From NCBI GenBank assembly GCA_040752025.1, contig JBFMFR010000002.1:34232-98231 (forward strand): a DNA stretch of 64,000 nucleotides. The letters are read 5' to 3'. A model generated the notes under the pieces. That model was given only the letters and a program-made list of their open reading frames with translations, had not been told where the DNA came from and ran no database searches. Position 1 is the first letter of the stretch. The number at the start of each line of letters is the position of its first letter. Origin of the DNA: Chloroflexota bacterium (lineage in GTDB: Bacteria > Chloroflexota > Anaerolineae > Anaerolineales > UBA4823). Positions 62,683 to 64,000 of this stretch are shown in pieces. The position numbers were made by a program, and so were the translations under genes.

Positions 62683-64000
62683 ATGGGAAAGAAACCCAAA
62701 GCGCCTGAGCCCCCTTTTGAAGAATTGTCTCTGGATGCACAGCCGGATGAAGCCGCAGAGCCGGACGATGATTCTATCCTGTCGGCGGAGCAGGATCGTG
62801 ATTTGTCTGAGGATGATTTGGATGGGCTGTTAGAGAACGAGAACGGTTTACTGAATCAGGATGACCTGGATGAAGATGATGTCCTGTCGTTGGAATCAGA
62901 CGAGGAGGTTGATGATTTTTCCCAGGCAGAACCGGAGGACGCTTTGGATTTACTGAGCGTAGCCCGTGATCCGCGCCTGCTGAGCGAAGTCAGCGAAGAC
63001 CCGGTGCGGCTGTACCTCAAAGAGATTGGCGATATTGATCTGCTGGATCCAGACCGGGAGTTCTGGCTGGCGACGCGGTTGGAGGCTGAGCGCCGCCTGG
63101 ATATCCTCAGCCGCGCTCACCCGCTGGCGCGCGGCGACCCATCGGCGCAGCCAGCGCAGCCTGCAGATTGCCGCGAGGCCGGTGCCGAGTCCGAGCAAGG
63201 CCAGGCCCACAATGCCCGGCGCATCTACCGCGCCCTGTATGAGGAAATGGCCACTTCCGCCATGCGCCTGGCGGAGGACACCCGCCGTCTGGGTTATGCC
63301 AGCCCGGATTTGGGACTGATCTTGTGGGAGGCGCAGATGCTGCGGGGTACCTGGGAGAGCGAGCAGCCCTCTTACCTGCGGGCTTACCTGGATAACGGCA
63401 GTTGGGGCATCGATGAGTTGTGGACGGAGGTAGCCCGGCAGGCTTTTACCGTATTCCTGTATCTGTATATGCTCCCGGAGGCGTTGGCCGAGCCGCTGGG
63501 CAAGTACGTCAGCAAACACGGCAAGCTGCCAGCGGCGCGCCTTTTCTGCCGCCATCTGCCTGACACCGAAGTGCTGGAGCAGGAATTGGAATCGATCCGG
63601 CGGCGCAGCGAGGAAGCGCATAACGCCATCATCCGCGCCAATTTGCGCCTGGTGGTGAGCGTGGCGAAACGCTACATTGGGCGGGGCAGCTCTTTCCTGG
63701 ATTTGATCCAGGAAGGCAATATTGGCTTGCTGCGCGCCGTAACCAAATTCGATCCAACACGGGGCTACAAGTTTAGCACCTATGCCACCTGGTGGATCCG
63801 CCAGTCGATCAGCCGTTCGATCGCCGACCAGGCGCGCACCATCCGCATCCCGGTGCATATTTTCGAGTCGATCAACCGCCTGCTGCGCATCCAGCGCGAC
63901 CTGATCCAAAAGCTGGGGCGCGAGCCAACCGTGGAGGACATCGCCCTTGAGTCGGGTTACCTGGAACCCAAGGACCGCCAGGCGATCTTGCAGTCGCGGG
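62683..64000 (+). CDS. rpoD: Primary RNA polymerase sigma factor RpoD/SigA; 3' end cut by window edge
   Basis: My own translation (this ORF is not in the supplied track): acidic N-terminus, region 1.2 [11 protein letters not shown], region 2 [46 protein letters not shown] and region 3 IRIPVH. Confidence 0.9.
   Translation, partial: MGKKPKAPEPPFEELSLDAQPDEAAEPDDDSILSAEQDRDLSEDDLDGLLENENGLLNQDDLDEDDVLSLESDEEVDDFSQAEPEDALDLLSVARDPRLLSEVSEDPVRLYLKEIGDIDLLDPDREFWLATRLEAERRLDILSRAHPLARGDPSAQPAQPADCREAGAESEQGQAHNARRIYRALYEEMATSAMRLAEDTRRLGYASPDLGLILWEAQMLRGTWESEQPSYLRAYLDNGSWGIDELWTEVARQAFTVFLYLYMLPEALAEPLGKYVSKHGKLPAARLFCRHLPDTEVLEQELESIRRRSEEAHNAIIRANLRLVVSVAKRYIGRGSSFLDLIQEGNIGLLRAVTKFDPTRGYKFSTYATWWIRQSISRSIADQARTIRIPVHIFESINRLLRIQRDLIQKLGREPTVEDIALESGYLEPKDRQAILQSR

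Noticed and set aside
62950-63909. 319-aa minus-strand ORF at the right end of the window
   Set aside because: It is antisense to the plus-strand frame that encodes unmistakable sigma70 regions 1.2, 2 and 3 (rpoD). That frame is missing from the ORF track only because it has no stop inside the window.

Overview
This is a 64-kb window of a high-GC bacterial chromosome. A typical 60-nt line that I hand-counted is 40/60 GC. Gene content and protein style suggest a Chloroflexota-like organism: PT-rich linkers, a Ser/Thr-kinase-FGE fusion, a fused glyQS and dense palindromic intergenic repeats. That taxonomic guess is inference only.

I support about 55 protein genes.
- Housekeeping genes: a znu-like metal ABC transporter with a Zur-like repressor, ftsK, rnz, clpC, rpsA, glgC, ssb, a deoxynucleoside kinase, pepF, fused glyQS, dnaG and rpoD (3' end cut by the window).
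- Accessory genes: an APH-like kinase / Eis-like GNAT / metallophosphoesterase operon; an orphan histidine kinase next to an unusual VWA protein; a BchI-like AAA+ gene followed by a VWA-only BchD-like gene; a caspase-like protease overlapping an ANT(6)-like nucleotidyltransferase; a MerR regulator with two GyrI-like domains; DUF1848; and GntR-SPFH-DUF4177-CPBP.

I saw no rRNA, tRNA or CRISPR array.

Observations most worth a second look:
1. A DnaA-box cluster with an adjacent AT-rich stretch in the 627-bp gap at 30.6-31.2 kb, with gene orientation switching around it. This is a candidate oriC, and no dnaA is in the window.
2. Two parS-like 16-mers exactly 60 bp apart at 46.8 kb.
3. The caspase-like / nucleotidyltransferase pair, which sits between repeat-rich DNA on both sides.
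4. A 218-bp MITE with 16-bp terminal inverted repeats and an 11-bp flanking duplication, inserted exactly at the nucleotidyltransferase stop codon.
5. A four-hairpin 165-bp tandem repeat. A distant partial copy carries a compensatory stem substitution.
6. An A9 slippery tract at the BchI-like/VWA junction that could fuse the two ORFs by a -1 shift.
7. A textbook 19-bp-spacer MerR-type promoter, plus an in-frame internal SD+ATG inside the MerR gene.
8. A 7-unit, 8-bp TACAAT array in a divergent promoter region.

Several gene relics (HicB-like, DUF2442-like, GNAT) lie next to dispersed repeats. All function calls come from reading motifs in the translations. No database search was run.
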